The translations under genes were made by a program, and so were the position numbers. Source: Treponema sp. (GTDB lineage Bacteria; Spirochaetota; Spirochaetia; Treponematales; Breznakiellaceae). Taken from it: DNA of 35,094 nucleotides. Positions 17,641-26,682 of the stretch are shown one piece after another. The notes beneath the pieces were generated by a model. That model saw only the letters and a program-made list of their open reading frames with translations. It was not told where the DNA came from and made no database searches. Position 1 is the stretch's first letter, and the number at the start of each line of letters is the position of its first letter. The stretch lies in NCBI GenBank assembly GCA_031284195.1, contig JAITAI010000242.1, positions 1 through 35,094 of the forward strand. The letters run 5' to 3'.

Positions 17641-19185
17641 TTACCTCATCTCCTTTGCTTTCTTTTCTTTGTGGGCTTGGTAATATTCGTCTATGGTATT
17701 GGTGGCATAAGCCATTAATTCTTCCTGGGTCAGGTCCGGGGAATTCTCGAGGATACCCGTTACCTTGCCCTGATGCATTACCATGATCCGGTCGCTCATC
17801 CCCATAACCTCTGGGAGTTCCGAAGAAATCATCACGATAGACTTTCCTTCCTCGGCAAGCTTGCTAAGCAACCGGTGGATCTCCGATTTGGTAAGCACGT
17901 CGATACCCCGGGTAGGCTCGTCTACGAACAGAATCTCCGGATCCGTCATAAGCCAACGGGCAACCAGTACCTTCTGTTGATTTCCCCCGCTTAAGTTCCC
18001 AATATGCTGTTCCAGCCCTGCGGTTTTGACCTGGATCTTCTTGACGTATTCTTCACATTCCGCCCGCATATAGGTTTCCCGGATAAGCTTAACCTTGTTG
18101 AGAAATTTAGGAATGTTGGCGATGACCATGTTGAGCTGCACTCCCAGCATGGGGAATATCCCGGAACTCCGGCGGTCTTCCGTGAGCCAAGCCATCTTGG
18201 CGTTGATGGCCTCCTTCGCGTTCTTGATTTCCACTTTTTTCCCATCAATAAAGATTTCGCCCCCGCTCTTGGGCCGCACCCCAAAGATGGTCTCCACCAC
18301 CTCACTACGGCCCGCGCCGACCAGTCCTGCAATCCCCAGGATCTCTCCCCGGCGTACCGTAAAGGAAACATCCTGAAAATACTTCCGGTTAGAAAGGTTC
18401 CTGACTTCAAATTTGACTTCCCCTATGGGACACTTCACCTTGGGGAACAGGTCCTCCACATTCCGGCCTACCATCATAGTGATGAGTTGATCCACCTTGA
18501 GCTTGGCCGTATCTTCTGCGCCGATGTACTCCCCGTCTCGGTACACGGTGATCCTGTCGGTGATTTCGTAGACCTCATCAAGTTTATGGGAAATAAAGAT
18601 GATACTCTTCCCCTGGGATTTGAGCTTTCGCATAATCACGAAAAGCTGCTTGATCTCTTTTTCCGCGAGGGCTGAAGTAGGTTCATCCATGATGATGAGC
18701 TTTGAACTGTAGGAAATCGCCCGGGCAATTTCGATCATCTGCATTTTCGCCACCGTCAGGGAAGCCATAAGGGTGCGGGGATCCTCCTCTAGGTCAATCT
18801 CTTTGAGGACCTCCTTGGTCATCGCATACATTTTCTGATGATCGATCAGCCCCAAGGGGCTAAGGGGCTCCCGGCCAAGCCAGATGTTTTCCATGATAGG
18901 CCGGTGGAGCACTGGGCTCAATTCCTGATGGATCATGGAGATACCCATCTCTAGGGCTTGAGCAGGGCTATAAGGTCCTTGAAGCTTCCCATCAAAGATA
19001 ATTTCTCCGCTGGTTGGATGCTGCATCCCAATGATACACTTCATCAAGGTCGATTTACCCGCCCCGTTTTCTCCCATGAGGGCATGAATCTCTCCAGGGC
19101 GGACCTTAAGTTCAACCCCCCGCAGCGCCTTAACGCCGGGAAAGGTTTTTACAATATTTTTCATTTCAAGTAGATACGCTGCCAT
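17641..19185 (-). CDS. sugar ABC transporter ATP-binding protein, duplicated ATPase (RbsA/MglA-like)
   Basis: 514 aa. Walker A GENGAGKST, signature LSGGNQQK, Walker B ILFVDEPTRGID and IIMDEPTSAL. Two nucleotide-binding domains. Confidence 0.92.
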   Translation of the reverse strand: MAAYLLEMKNIVKTFPGVKALRGVELKVRPGEIHALMGENGAGKSTLMKCIIGMQHPTSGEIIFDGKLQGPYSPAQALEMGISMIHQELSPVLHRPIMENIWLGREPLSPLGLIDHQKMYAMTKEVLKEIDLEEDPRTLMASLTVAKMQMIEIARAISYSSKLIIMDEPTSALAEKEIKQLFVIMRKLKSQGKSIIFISHKLDEVYEITDRITVYRDGEYIGAEDTAKLKVDQLITMMVGRNVEDLFPKVKCPIGEVKFEVRNLSNRKYFQDVSFTVRRGEILGIAGLVGAGRSEVVETIFGVRPKSGGEIFIDGKKVEIKNAKEAINAKMAWLTEDRRSSGIFPMLGVQLNMVIANIPKFLNKVKLIRETYMRAECEEYVKKIQVKTAGLEQHIGNLSGGNQQKVLVARWLMTDPEILFVDEPTRGIDVLTKSEIHRLLSKLAEEGKSIVMISSELPEVMGMSDRIMVMHQGKVTGILENSPDLTQEELMAYATNTIDEYYQAHKEKKAKEMR

Positions 19186-19246
19186 GTGTCATCCCCTTAT
19201 AGCAAACCTTATAGCAAAATGGACTAAAGATGGAAAACTAAAAAAC

Positions 19247-20197
19247 CTATTGATACTGAGCCAAATTTTCTTTGGTAATGAGCACAAAAGGTACCCAGGT
19301 GATTGGTTCTGGGGATTCTCCCCGTAGGACTTTGTAAACTATTTCCGCAGCTCCCCTTCCTTGGCCTGCCGCATCTTGAAGCACCGTGGCGGCGAGGCTG
19401 CCATCTGCCACTGCGGCCTTGGCATCAGGAATCGCGTCCACTCCCATGACCAGCACATCGGTACGGCCTGCTGCTTTGAGGGCTTCTACTGCGCCCAAGG
19501 CCATTTCATCGTTATTGGCCAAAATGCCCTTGAGATCCGCTCCGTATGCGGTAAGCCAGTTTTCGGTGAGGCTCAGGCCCTGATCCCGCTGCCAGTTTCC
19601 GGTTTCCTCAGCGAGCACAGTGATACCGGGGAATTTACGGTTAATTATATCCTTGTTCCCTTCAGTGCGCAGGAGGGCCCCTTCGTTATCCAGCTTACCC
19701 ACCAAAATGGTCACCCCTCCAGATCCTCCAAGGAGATTACCCATGGCTTCCATCTGCATTTGCCCTGCAATCACTTCCTGAGATCCCACATAGTACACGT
19801 TAGGAGGAAGGGACTGATTACTAAAAGGATTCCGGTTGACATATACCAAAGGAATATTGGCTTCTTTAGCCGCATTGGTAATCGATTCAGTAGCATTGGT
19901 ATTCACCGGTACTACAATCAAGGCTTTAATTCCCTGGGCAATCAACGTGTTGGCCAGATCCTGCTGCTTGATCACATCCTCCTGGGCATCCTGAAAGATA
20001 AGGTCGTACTCAGGTTTATCCGCGAAAAACGCCCTGGTTTCGTTCATGATGTACCCCTGGAAGGTATCATTGAAGTTGTTACAGATGTACCCGATCCTGG
20101 TCTTGGCACCGCTGCCGGCCGTTTTTTGCCGGGAACATCCCAGAAATCCTGACAGCCCAATCAACGCCGCCATACACACCCATACTGTTTTTTTCAT
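19247..20197 (-). CDS. periplasmic sugar (probably inositol) binding lipoprotein, RbsB-like
   Basis: 316 aa. Signal peptide MKKTVWVCMAALIGLSGFLGCS with a relaxed lipobox. Type I periplasmic binding fold. First gene of the minus-strand operon. Confidence 0.88.
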   Translation of the reverse strand: MKKTVWVCMAALIGLSGFLGCSRQKTAGSGAKTRIGYICNNFNDTFQGYIMNETRAFFADKPEYDLIFQDAQEDVIKQQDLANTLIAQGIKALIVVPVNTNATESITNAAKEANIPLVYVNRNPFSNQSLPPNVYYVGSQEVIAGQMQMEAMGNLLGGSGGVTILVGKLDNEGALLRTEGNKDIINRKFPGITVLAEETGNWQRDQGLSLTENWLTAYGADLKGILANNDEMALGAVEALKAAGRTDVLVMGVDAIPDAKAAVADGSLAATVLQDAAGQGRGAAEIVYKVLRGESPEPITWVPFVLITKENLAQYQ

Positions 20198-20261
20198 GCC
20201 AATCTCCTTAATAAAAAAATAGTGTTCGTTTTCTACTGCACCTAATGAAAGACGCGTTAAA

Positions 20262-20275
20262 TGAAAACGTTTACA
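20262..20275. promoter_or_regulatory. LacI/CcpA-type operator O1 (TGAAAACGTTTACA)
   Basis: Matches the cre-type consensus TGWAANCGNTNWCA at all defined positions. Lies 5 nt downstream of the putative -10 of the minus-strand transporter promoter. Confidence 0.6.
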
Positions 20276-20280
20276 AATAA

Positions 20281-20309
20281 AGTATCCACCTGCTTTCCAG
20301 AATTGTCAA
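20281..20309 (-). promoter_or_regulatory. putative sigma-70 type promoter of the transporter operon
   Basis: The minus strand reads TTGACA (20309-20304), a 17-nt spacer, then GATACT (20286-20281). Confidence 0.45.
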
Positions 20310-20407
20310 CAAAAATTTGATCTATATAATTATTTATAGGATAATGAATTGTATATAAAACATACAAAATCTTTTCAAACAAAACCAAAAAAATTAAAAA
20401 ATATGCC

Positions 20408-20436
20408 TTTACAAAATAGGATATTCAATATAATAT
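20408..20436 (+). promoter_or_regulatory. putative promoter of the iolG-tkt operon
   Basis: TTTACA at 20408-20413, then TATAAT at 20429-20434 (15-nt spacer) or the overlapping TAATAT at 20431-20436 (17-nt spacer). The surrounding region is AT-rich. Confidence 0.45.
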
Positions 20437-20447
20437 TATGAAATAAG

Positions 20448-20461
20448 TAAAAACGTTTTCA
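20448..20461. promoter_or_regulatory. LacI/CcpA-type operator O2 (TAAAAACGTTTTCA)
   Basis: 13 of 14 matches to the cre-type palindrome, with an AAAACGTTTT core. Sits immediately downstream of the putative -10 of the plus-strand promoter. Confidence 0.55.
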
Positions 20462-20517
20462 TGTACTAATCATGGGTGGATTGGAAAAAGAAGACGAGCA
20501 AAAGGATCGGAGGAACC

Positions 20518-21543
20518 ATGGCAGATACAGTAAGGATAGGGCTTATTGGCGTTGGCCGGATCGGGAAGATCCATGCTGAAAATAGTGCTCAGCGTGTTCC
20601 CGGTGCCAGGCTTGAAGGAATTGCAGATATCGTATTACCCCAGGAACAGGTATCCTGGGCCCGGGGGCTGGGAGTCCGACTCCTTTCCACGGATCCCCAG
20701 GATATACTGAAGGATCCCGCCATTGACGGAGTGGTGATTTGTAGTGCTACCGACACTCACGCGGATCTGATCATCGCCGCCGCAGCTGCGGGAAAGCATA
20801 TCTTCTGCGAAAAGCCCATAGATCTGTCGGTTCCCCGGGTGAAGGCAGCTCTGGCTGCGGTGAAAGAGGCAGGGGTTACCCTCCAGATAGGCTTTAACCG
20901 CCGCTTTGATCATAACTTTAGGCGGATTCGAGAACTCATCCAGGCAGGGGACCTGGGAACCGTGCAGCTTATCAAGATCACCTCCCGGGATCCGGCTCCA
21001 CCTCCTCCGGCGTATGTGGCCGGTTCTGGGGGTATCTTCATGGACATGATGATCCATGATTTTGATATGGCCCGGTTCCAGGCAGGGAGCGAAATCACCC
21101 AGGTCTATGCTGCCGGGGCAGTGCTCATTGACCCGGAAATTGGAAAGGCCGGAGATGTGGATACTGCTATCGTAACCCTTACCTTTGCCAATGGCGCACT
21201 AGGGGTAATCGATAATTCCCGGAAAGCGGTTTATGGGTACGATCAGCGGGTAGAGGTGTTTGGCTCCAAAGGCGCGGCCCTAGCGGAAAACGACCTCCCC
21301 AATCAGGTAAGGGTATCCACTGCTGCGGGAGTTACCGGTGAAAAGCCCCTGCACTTTTTCCTGGAACGGTACAAAGAGGCTTATATTGCCGAGCTGGCAT
21401 CCTTTGTGGATGCGGTCTTGCACCATAGCCCTCCGAAAGTAAGCGGAGCAGATGGTTTGGAAAATATGTACGCGGCTCTGGCTGCGGGGAAATCTCTCAA
21501 AGAAAAGCGGCCTGTTTTCATTGATGAAGTCCGGGTTGCGTAA
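20518..21543 (+). CDS. iolG: myo-inositol 2-dehydrogenase (Gfo/Idh/MocA family)
   Basis: Start taken at MADTVRIGLIGVGRIGKIHAEN, preceded by a GGAGG RBS. Contains GKHIFCEKP, GFNRRFD and ITSRDP. First gene of an iolB/D/E operon. Confidence 0.85.
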   Translation: MADTVRIGLIGVGRIGKIHAENSAQRVPGARLEGIADIVLPQEQVSWARGLGVRLLSTDPQDILKDPAIDGVVICSATDTHADLIIAAAAAGKHIFCEKPIDLSVPRVKAALAAVKEAGVTLQIGFNRRFDHNFRRIRELIQAGDLGTVQLIKITSRDPAPPPPAYVAGSGGIFMDMMIHDFDMARFQAGSEITQVYAAGAVLIDPEIGKAGDVDTAIVTLTFANGALGVIDNSRKAVYGYDQRVEVFGSKGAALAENDLPNQVRVSTAAGVTGEKPLHFFLERYKEAYIAELASFVDAVLHHSPPKVSGADGLENMYAALAAGKSLKEKRPVFIDEVRVA

Positions 21544-21565
21544 GTAAAAGAAAGAAGGAGAAAAC

Positions 21566-22366
21566 ATGCAATTTCATCATAAGCCACCCTTTGGCCGAGG
21601 ATACACCCCCCTGGTGCTCAGGAGTGGAGCCACAGCAGATATGCTCATGGATTTCGGGGTTTTGCGTCTTTTACCGGGTGAAACTTACGAGAGTTATTCC
21701 GAAACCGATGAGCGTCTATGGCTTTTATCCCAAGGTATGGGGTTCATGGACGTGGGCAAGGAAGGATCCTTTGAAGTTTCCCGGCTCAATCTTTTTGACT
21801 ATTCCCCTTGGTGCCTTTCAGTTCCGGCAAAACAGCGGGTAACTATCGGCGCGTTGGACCGGGTTACTGAGTTTTACTATGCGGCCACGGACAACCCCCG
21901 GGAATTTAAGGTAAAATGCTACCCTCCTGAAGCATGCCGTAGCGAATTTCGGGGGGAAGGGACCATGCGGGAAACATCCACCCGGATCGTGCGGACCATC
22001 TTTGACGGCACCAACCGTCCTGAATCAAACCTGGTGATAGGGGAGGTTATCGGCGTACCGGGGAAATGGTCGAGCTATCCTCCCCATCATCACCCTCAGC
22101 CGGAGATATATCACTATCGGTTCCTTCCGCCTCAGGGTTTTGGGCTCACCGCCATCGGGGATACCCCCTATATCATCCAGGATCGGGATACTATCCTCAT
22201 CCGGGACGGCGAGGATCATCCTCAGGTAACCGCGCCGGGTTATGCTATGTGGTACCTCTGGGTGATCCGGCATCTAGAGAATAACCGTTATGGACCCCAG
22301 TACGTTGCCAAAGCCCACCAATGGGTAAGCGGGCCGGAAGAAAACATCTGGCAGCCCAAACGGTAG
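21566..22366 (+). CDS. iolB: 5-deoxy-glucuronate isomerase
   Basis: 266 aa cupin with the diagnostic GKWSSYPPHHHPQPEIYHY motif. RBS AGAAGGAGA. Confidence 0.88.
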   Translation: MQFHHKPPFGRGYTPLVLRSGATADMLMDFGVLRLLPGETYESYSETDERLWLLSQGMGFMDVGKEGSFEVSRLNLFDYSPWCLSVPAKQRVTIGALDRVTEFYYAATDNPREFKVKCYPPEACRSEFRGEGTMRETSTRIVRTIFDGTNRPESNLVIGEVIGVPGKWSSYPPHHHPQPEIYHYRFLPPQGFGLTAIGDTPYIIQDRDTILIRDGEDHPQVTAPGYAMWYLWVIRHLENNRYGPQYVAKAHQWVSGPEENIWQPKR

Positions 22367-22451
22367 GAGGATCCGGTACTGCCATCTTGGATGGGCGGTA
22401 TTTTTTAAAGCGTTCACAGGAGAAAAGCGTAATAATAAAGAAGGAGCATAG

Positions 22452-24311
22452 ATGAAAACAGTACGACTTACGATGGCCCAAGCATTGCTGCGTTTTTTAG
22501 ATAATCAATATATCGAAGTAGACGGGGAAGAAATAAAATTTGTAGCCGGAATTTTCGGTATATTCGGGCATGGCGTGGTAGTTGGACTTGGAGAGGCTTT
22601 AGCTGCGGGCGATCAGGGCCTGCGCTTTTATCAGGCTAAAAATGAGCAGGGTGGGGCCCATGCGGCTATGGGATTCGCCAAGCAGCACAAGCGTCGGCAG
22701 ATCATGGCGGTATGCAGTTCCATAGGTCCGGGAGCCCTCAATATGGTAACTGCCGCAGGAACTGCTTCGGCAAACCATATCCCGGTGCTGTTTTTACCCG
22801 GGGACGTGTTTGCCTGCCGTCAGCCGGATCCGGTGCTGCAGCAGATTGAAAACCCGGTGGACTATACCGTAAGCGCCAGCGATGCATTCCGGGCGGTGAG
22901 CCGTTACTGGGATCGGGTGAACCGGCCGGAACAGCTCATGACCGCCCTGATCAACGCCTTCAGGGTCTTGACGGATCCTGCGGAAACCGGGGCGGTTACC
23001 CTGTCTCTTCCCCAGGATGTGCAAGGGGAAGCCTGGGATTACCCAGAGGCGTTTTTAGCCAAACGGGTACATCACCTAGAACGCCGGCCTCCGACACAGG
23101 GCCAGATCCAGCGGGCCTTGGGAATGCTCAAGGCTGCCAAGAAGCCCCTGGTGATCTGCGGTGGGGGAGCCGGGTTCTCCGGGGCAGGCCCCGCATTGGA
23201 ACAGTTCTGTACGGCCTATCACATCCCCTTTGGAGAAACCCAGGCAGGCAAGGGGAACATCCTATGGGATCATCCCTATAACCTTTCCGGTATTGGTACT
23301 ACCGGCAGCTTGGCGGCAAACCGCCTCGCCAAAGAGGCGGACCTGATCATAGCGGTGGGTACCAGGTTGGGGGACTTTACCACCTGTTCCAAGTGGCTTT
23401 TCCAGAATCCTGCGTGCCGGATCTTGGGGATCAACATCGCTCCCTTTGACGCTTACAAGATGAACGGTGAACCTATCATTGCGGACGCCAAACTGACCCT
23501 GGAAGCCATGAACGCCGGCGCATCCCCTTACCGGTCGGATTGGGGTGGACGGATCCAGGAGGTTCGAGCCGAATGGAAGGCAGAGGTAGACCGGCTCTAC
23601 CAGGAAGAAGATCCCCTTGCCCTTTCCCAAGTACGGGTCTTAGGAGAACTCAACGACCGGCTTCTCCCTTCGGATGGGATCGTGGTGTCCGGTTCAGGGT
23701 CCATTCCCTCGGATATGCAGCGGGTATGGCGGGTTAGAACCAAAGGTACCTACCACATGGAATACGCCTTTTCCTGTATGGGCTATGAAATTGCCGCTGC
23801 CTTAGGGGTTAAAATCGCCCAGCCGGATAAGGAAGTGGTAGCCTTAGTAGGGGATGGGGCCTATACCATGCTCCACACCGAACTGTTGACCGCAGTACAG
23901 GAGCGGAAGAAGATCATCGTGGTGGTCCTGGATAATGCAGGGTTTCATTGTATTGATAACCTGCAGCATAGCCAGGGGATCGTCCATTTTGGCAATGAAT
24001 GGAAGACCCGGGATGTCCAAAGCGGGCGTTTGGAAGGGGCTTCTATGCAGGTGGACTACGCTAAAAACGCCGAAAGCTGGGGGGCTTTGGGTATTCGGGT
24101 GCGAACCCTAGAAGAACTCCGGGCAGGGGTAAAGCAGGCCCTGGCAGCTTCGGGACCGGTGGTGATCGATGTTAAGGTCAGCCCTAAGTCCATGACCCAC
24201 GGGTATGAAAGCTGGTGGCGAGTTGGAACGGCTCAAGTATCCGCCAATCCTGAAGTAGTGAAGGCTGCCAACCAGATGGCAGCGGAACTTGCCAAGGCGA
24301 GAACCTTGTAA
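22452..24311 (+). CDS. iolD: 3D-(3,5/4)-trihydroxycyclohexane-1,2-dione acylhydrolase (ThDP enzyme)
   Basis: 619 aa. N-terminus MKTVRLTMAQALLRFLDNQYIEVDGEE is typical of IolD. ThDP motif GDGAYTM...LDN. Confidence 0.9.
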   Translation: MKTVRLTMAQALLRFLDNQYIEVDGEEIKFVAGIFGIFGHGVVVGLGEALAAGDQGLRFYQAKNEQGGAHAAMGFAKQHKRRQIMAVCSSIGPGALNMVTAAGTASANHIPVLFLPGDVFACRQPDPVLQQIENPVDYTVSASDAFRAVSRYWDRVNRPEQLMTALINAFRVLTDPAETGAVTLSLPQDVQGEAWDYPEAFLAKRVHHLERRPPTQGQIQRALGMLKAAKKPLVICGGGAGFSGAGPALEQFCTAYHIPFGETQAGKGNILWDHPYNLSGIGTTGSLAANRLAKEADLIIAVGTRLGDFTTCSKWLFQNPACRILGINIAPFDAYKMNGEPIIADAKLTLEAMNAGASPYRSDWGGRIQEVRAEWKAEVDRLYQEEDPLALSQVRVLGELNDRLLPSDGIVVSGSGSIPSDMQRVWRVRTKGTYHMEYAFSCMGYEIAAALGVKIAQPDKEVVALVGDGAYTMLHTELLTAVQERKKIIVVVLDNAGFHCIDNLQHSQGIVHFGNEWKTRDVQSGRLEGASMQVDYAKNAESWGALGIRVRTLEELRAGVKQALAASGPVVIDVKVSPKSMTHGYESWWRVGTAQVSANPEVVKAANQMAAELAKARTL

Positions 24312-24420
24312 CTCTGGGGGATGGGGAGGATGTCTTCTTGCATCCCCTAAAGGCTTGTAATAAAGACCGGAGAATTTTGAAAAAAGATCGGAGAATTTTC
24401 CAAAAACATAAGGATAAAAA

Positions 24421-25305
24421 ATGGAACCAATTCACCTTGGGATAGCTCCTATAGGCTGGACCAACGACGACCTTCCTGAACTGGGCGGGGAGATTTCCTT
24501 TGAACAATGCCTCAGTGAAATGGCCTTGGCCGGGTTTGTGGGGACTGAAGTGGGGAATAAGTACCCCAAAGATCCAGCTACCCTCAATAGAGCCCTGCAA
24601 CTCCGGGGCCTGACCATTTGTAATGCCTGGTTCAGTTCATTTTTGACCACTAAGCCCTATGAGGAGGTGGAAGCTGCCTTCATTGCCCACCGGGATTTTC
24701 TGTATACAGTAGGCGCCCGGATCATCGGAGCAGCAGAACAGGGTCATTCTATCCAGGGCCAAGCCAAACCCATCTTTGAGGCTAAGCCGGTTTTTACTGA
24801 GGAGGAATGGCGCCGTCTCTGCGAGGGCCTTAACCGCTTAGGAAAAAGGGCTGCAGAAAAGGGGATGCACCTCACCTATCACCACCACATGGGAACCGGA
24901 GTGCAGACCGCAGATGAAATCGACCGGCTTATGGAAAACACCGATCCTCACCTGGTGGGGCTCCTCTACGATACCGGGCATCTGGTGTTCTCTGGGGAGG
25001 ATCATCTAGCGGTCCTGGACAAGTGGATAGGCCGTATCGGTCACGTGCACCTCAAGGACATGCGGGCCCCGATGCGGGAAAAGGCGAAGCGTGAAAAATG
25101 GTCCTTTCTCCAGGCGGTGAAGGCCGGGGTCTTTACCGTACCAGGAGACGGCTGCGTGGATTTTGTCCCGGTTTTCAATGCGCTCAAGGAAGCAGCGTAT
25201 ACAGGCTGGTGGGTGGTAGAAGCAGAGCAAGATCCTGCCAAGGCAAACCCGCTAGAATATGCTATTAAAGCGCGAAGGTATATTAAGGAAAAAGCCGGTA
25301 TCTAG
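24421..25305 (+). CDS. iolE: myo-inosose-2 dehydratase (xylose-isomerase-like TIM barrel)
   Basis: 294 aa. LGIAPIGWTNDDLPELGG N-terminus, HVHLKD and WWVVEAEQDP. Confidence 0.9.
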   Translation: MEPIHLGIAPIGWTNDDLPELGGEISFEQCLSEMALAGFVGTEVGNKYPKDPATLNRALQLRGLTICNAWFSSFLTTKPYEEVEAAFIAHRDFLYTVGARIIGAAEQGHSIQGQAKPIFEAKPVFTEEEWRRLCEGLNRLGKRAAEKGMHLTYHHHMGTGVQTADEIDRLMENTDPHLVGLLYDTGHLVFSGEDHLAVLDKWIGRIGHVHLKDMRAPMREKAKREKWSFLQAVKAGVFTVPGDGCVDFVPVFNALKEAAYTGWWVVEAEQDPAKANPLEYAIKARRYIKEKAGI

Positions 25306-25347
25306 TCGTGTTACGGCGAACCGGCAGGTTTGGTGTAAGGAGCGTTT

Positions 25348-26613
25348 ATGCGATTTGGGATTAACACCTTAGACGATATGGAGGTTCAAGGTAAGACCGT
25401 GCTATGCCGCATTGATATCAATCAGCCGGTAGATCAGGCCACGGGGACCCTTAAGGATACCACCAGGATAGAGGCGTGTACGCCAACCCTCAAAGAATTG
25501 AGTGATAAAGGGGCCAAGGTGGTCCTGTTGGCCCATCAAGGGAGCGATATTGAATACAAGAATTTTTATACCACTGCTCCCCATGCCCAGGTCTTGTCTA
25601 AACTTTTGGGAAAACCGGTCCGTTTCATCGATGATGTCTGCGGTCCTGCTGCTCGAAAGGCCATCCAGGCCCTGAAACCAGGGGAACTGTTACTTTTGGA
25701 TAATGTCCGTTTTGTGGCAGAAGAACAAACCCTCTTTGAAATGAAACTCCAGCTTTCCCATGCTGCCCAGGCAAAAACCCTGTTGGTAAAGAAGTTGGCC
25801 CCCTTAGCGGATCTGTATGTCTGTGACGCCTTTGCCGCAGCCCATCGGGATCAGCCCAGTCTCTGCGGGTTTGAACAGGTCCTCCCCAGCGCCATGGGGC
25901 GGCTCTTTGAAGCGGAATTCTGCGTTATCTCCTCTTTGATGGAAAATCCGGAACGGCCCTGTGTGTTTGTCCTGGGGGGATCTAAGATAAACGACGCCTT
26001 CCTCATGATGAGTACCGTCCTGGGGGGAGGCATCGCTGACCAGGTCCTTACGGGGGGCCTCGTCGGGGAGGTCCTCCTCTGGGCAGAGGATAAGGACATT
26101 GGGGAAAGGGCCCGGACTTTCATCAGGAAGGAGGGTTACGAATCCCTGGTTGGGACTGCCCGGGAACTCCTTGCAAAATACCGGAACCGGATCCTGATGC
26201 CCGAAGACTTCGCCGGGGTTAAGGAGGGGCAGCGGGTAGAATATCCCCTGGGAAAGATCCCTGGAGATACCCTGATCCTGGACATCGGGACCGAAACCGC
26301 AGCTCGCTACCAGACCCGGATCCGTGCGGCCAAGACGGTCTTCGTCAACGGCCCCATGGGGGTCTTCGAGGAGGCCCCCACAGAGCAGGGTACCCGGATG
26401 GTGTGGGACGCCTTGGGGGACACGGCAGCCTATACGGTTATCGGCGGTGGGGATAGCATCACCGCCACGAAGAAGTACGGCAAGACAAAGGATATCAACT
26501 ACATCTGTACCGGTGGAGGGGCGCTTATCCGTTTCCTCACCGGGGAAGAATTGCCGGTGGTAAAAGCCCTCCGGTATGGTTCAAAACTGACCAAAAAGCA
26601 GCTTGAGCGGTAA
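25348..26613 (+). CDS. phosphoglycerate kinase family protein, archaeal-type; physiological substrate uncertain
   Basis: 421 aa. VLCRIDINQPVD, VVLLAHQG, LLLDNVRF, DAFAAAHRDQPS, VFVLGGSKI, VNGPMGVFE, TGGGALIRFLTGEELP. The overall layout resembles archaeal PGKs rather than bacterial ones. RBS AAGGAG. Confidence 0.85.
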   Translation: MRFGINTLDDMEVQGKTVLCRIDINQPVDQATGTLKDTTRIEACTPTLKELSDKGAKVVLLAHQGSDIEYKNFYTTAPHAQVLSKLLGKPVRFIDDVCGPAARKAIQALKPGELLLLDNVRFVAEEQTLFEMKLQLSHAAQAKTLLVKKLAPLADLYVCDAFAAAHRDQPSLCGFEQVLPSAMGRLFEAEFCVISSLMENPERPCVFVLGGSKINDAFLMMSTVLGGGIADQVLTGGLVGEVLLWAEDKDIGERARTFIRKEGYESLVGTARELLAKYRNRILMPEDFAGVKEGQRVEYPLGKIPGDTLILDIGTETAARYQTRIRAAKTVFVNGPMGVFEEAPTEQGTRMVWDALGDTAAYTVIGGGDSITATKKYGKTKDINYICTGGGALIRFLTGEELPVVKALRYGSKLTKKQLER

Positions 26614-26682
26614 AAGAAAAACCAGTCTTTGGGCTGTTTTTCCAGAGCCTTTTTCTATAATAGGGAAATTAAGGAGAAAACA

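Noticed and set aside
24365-24406. Relationship between the 2 x 21-bp repeat in the iolD-iolE spacer and the 21-bp array at 4374-4814
   Set aside because: The only shared sequence is the heptamer ATCGGAG and the 21-bp period. A 7-mer match is expected by chance several times in 35 kb.
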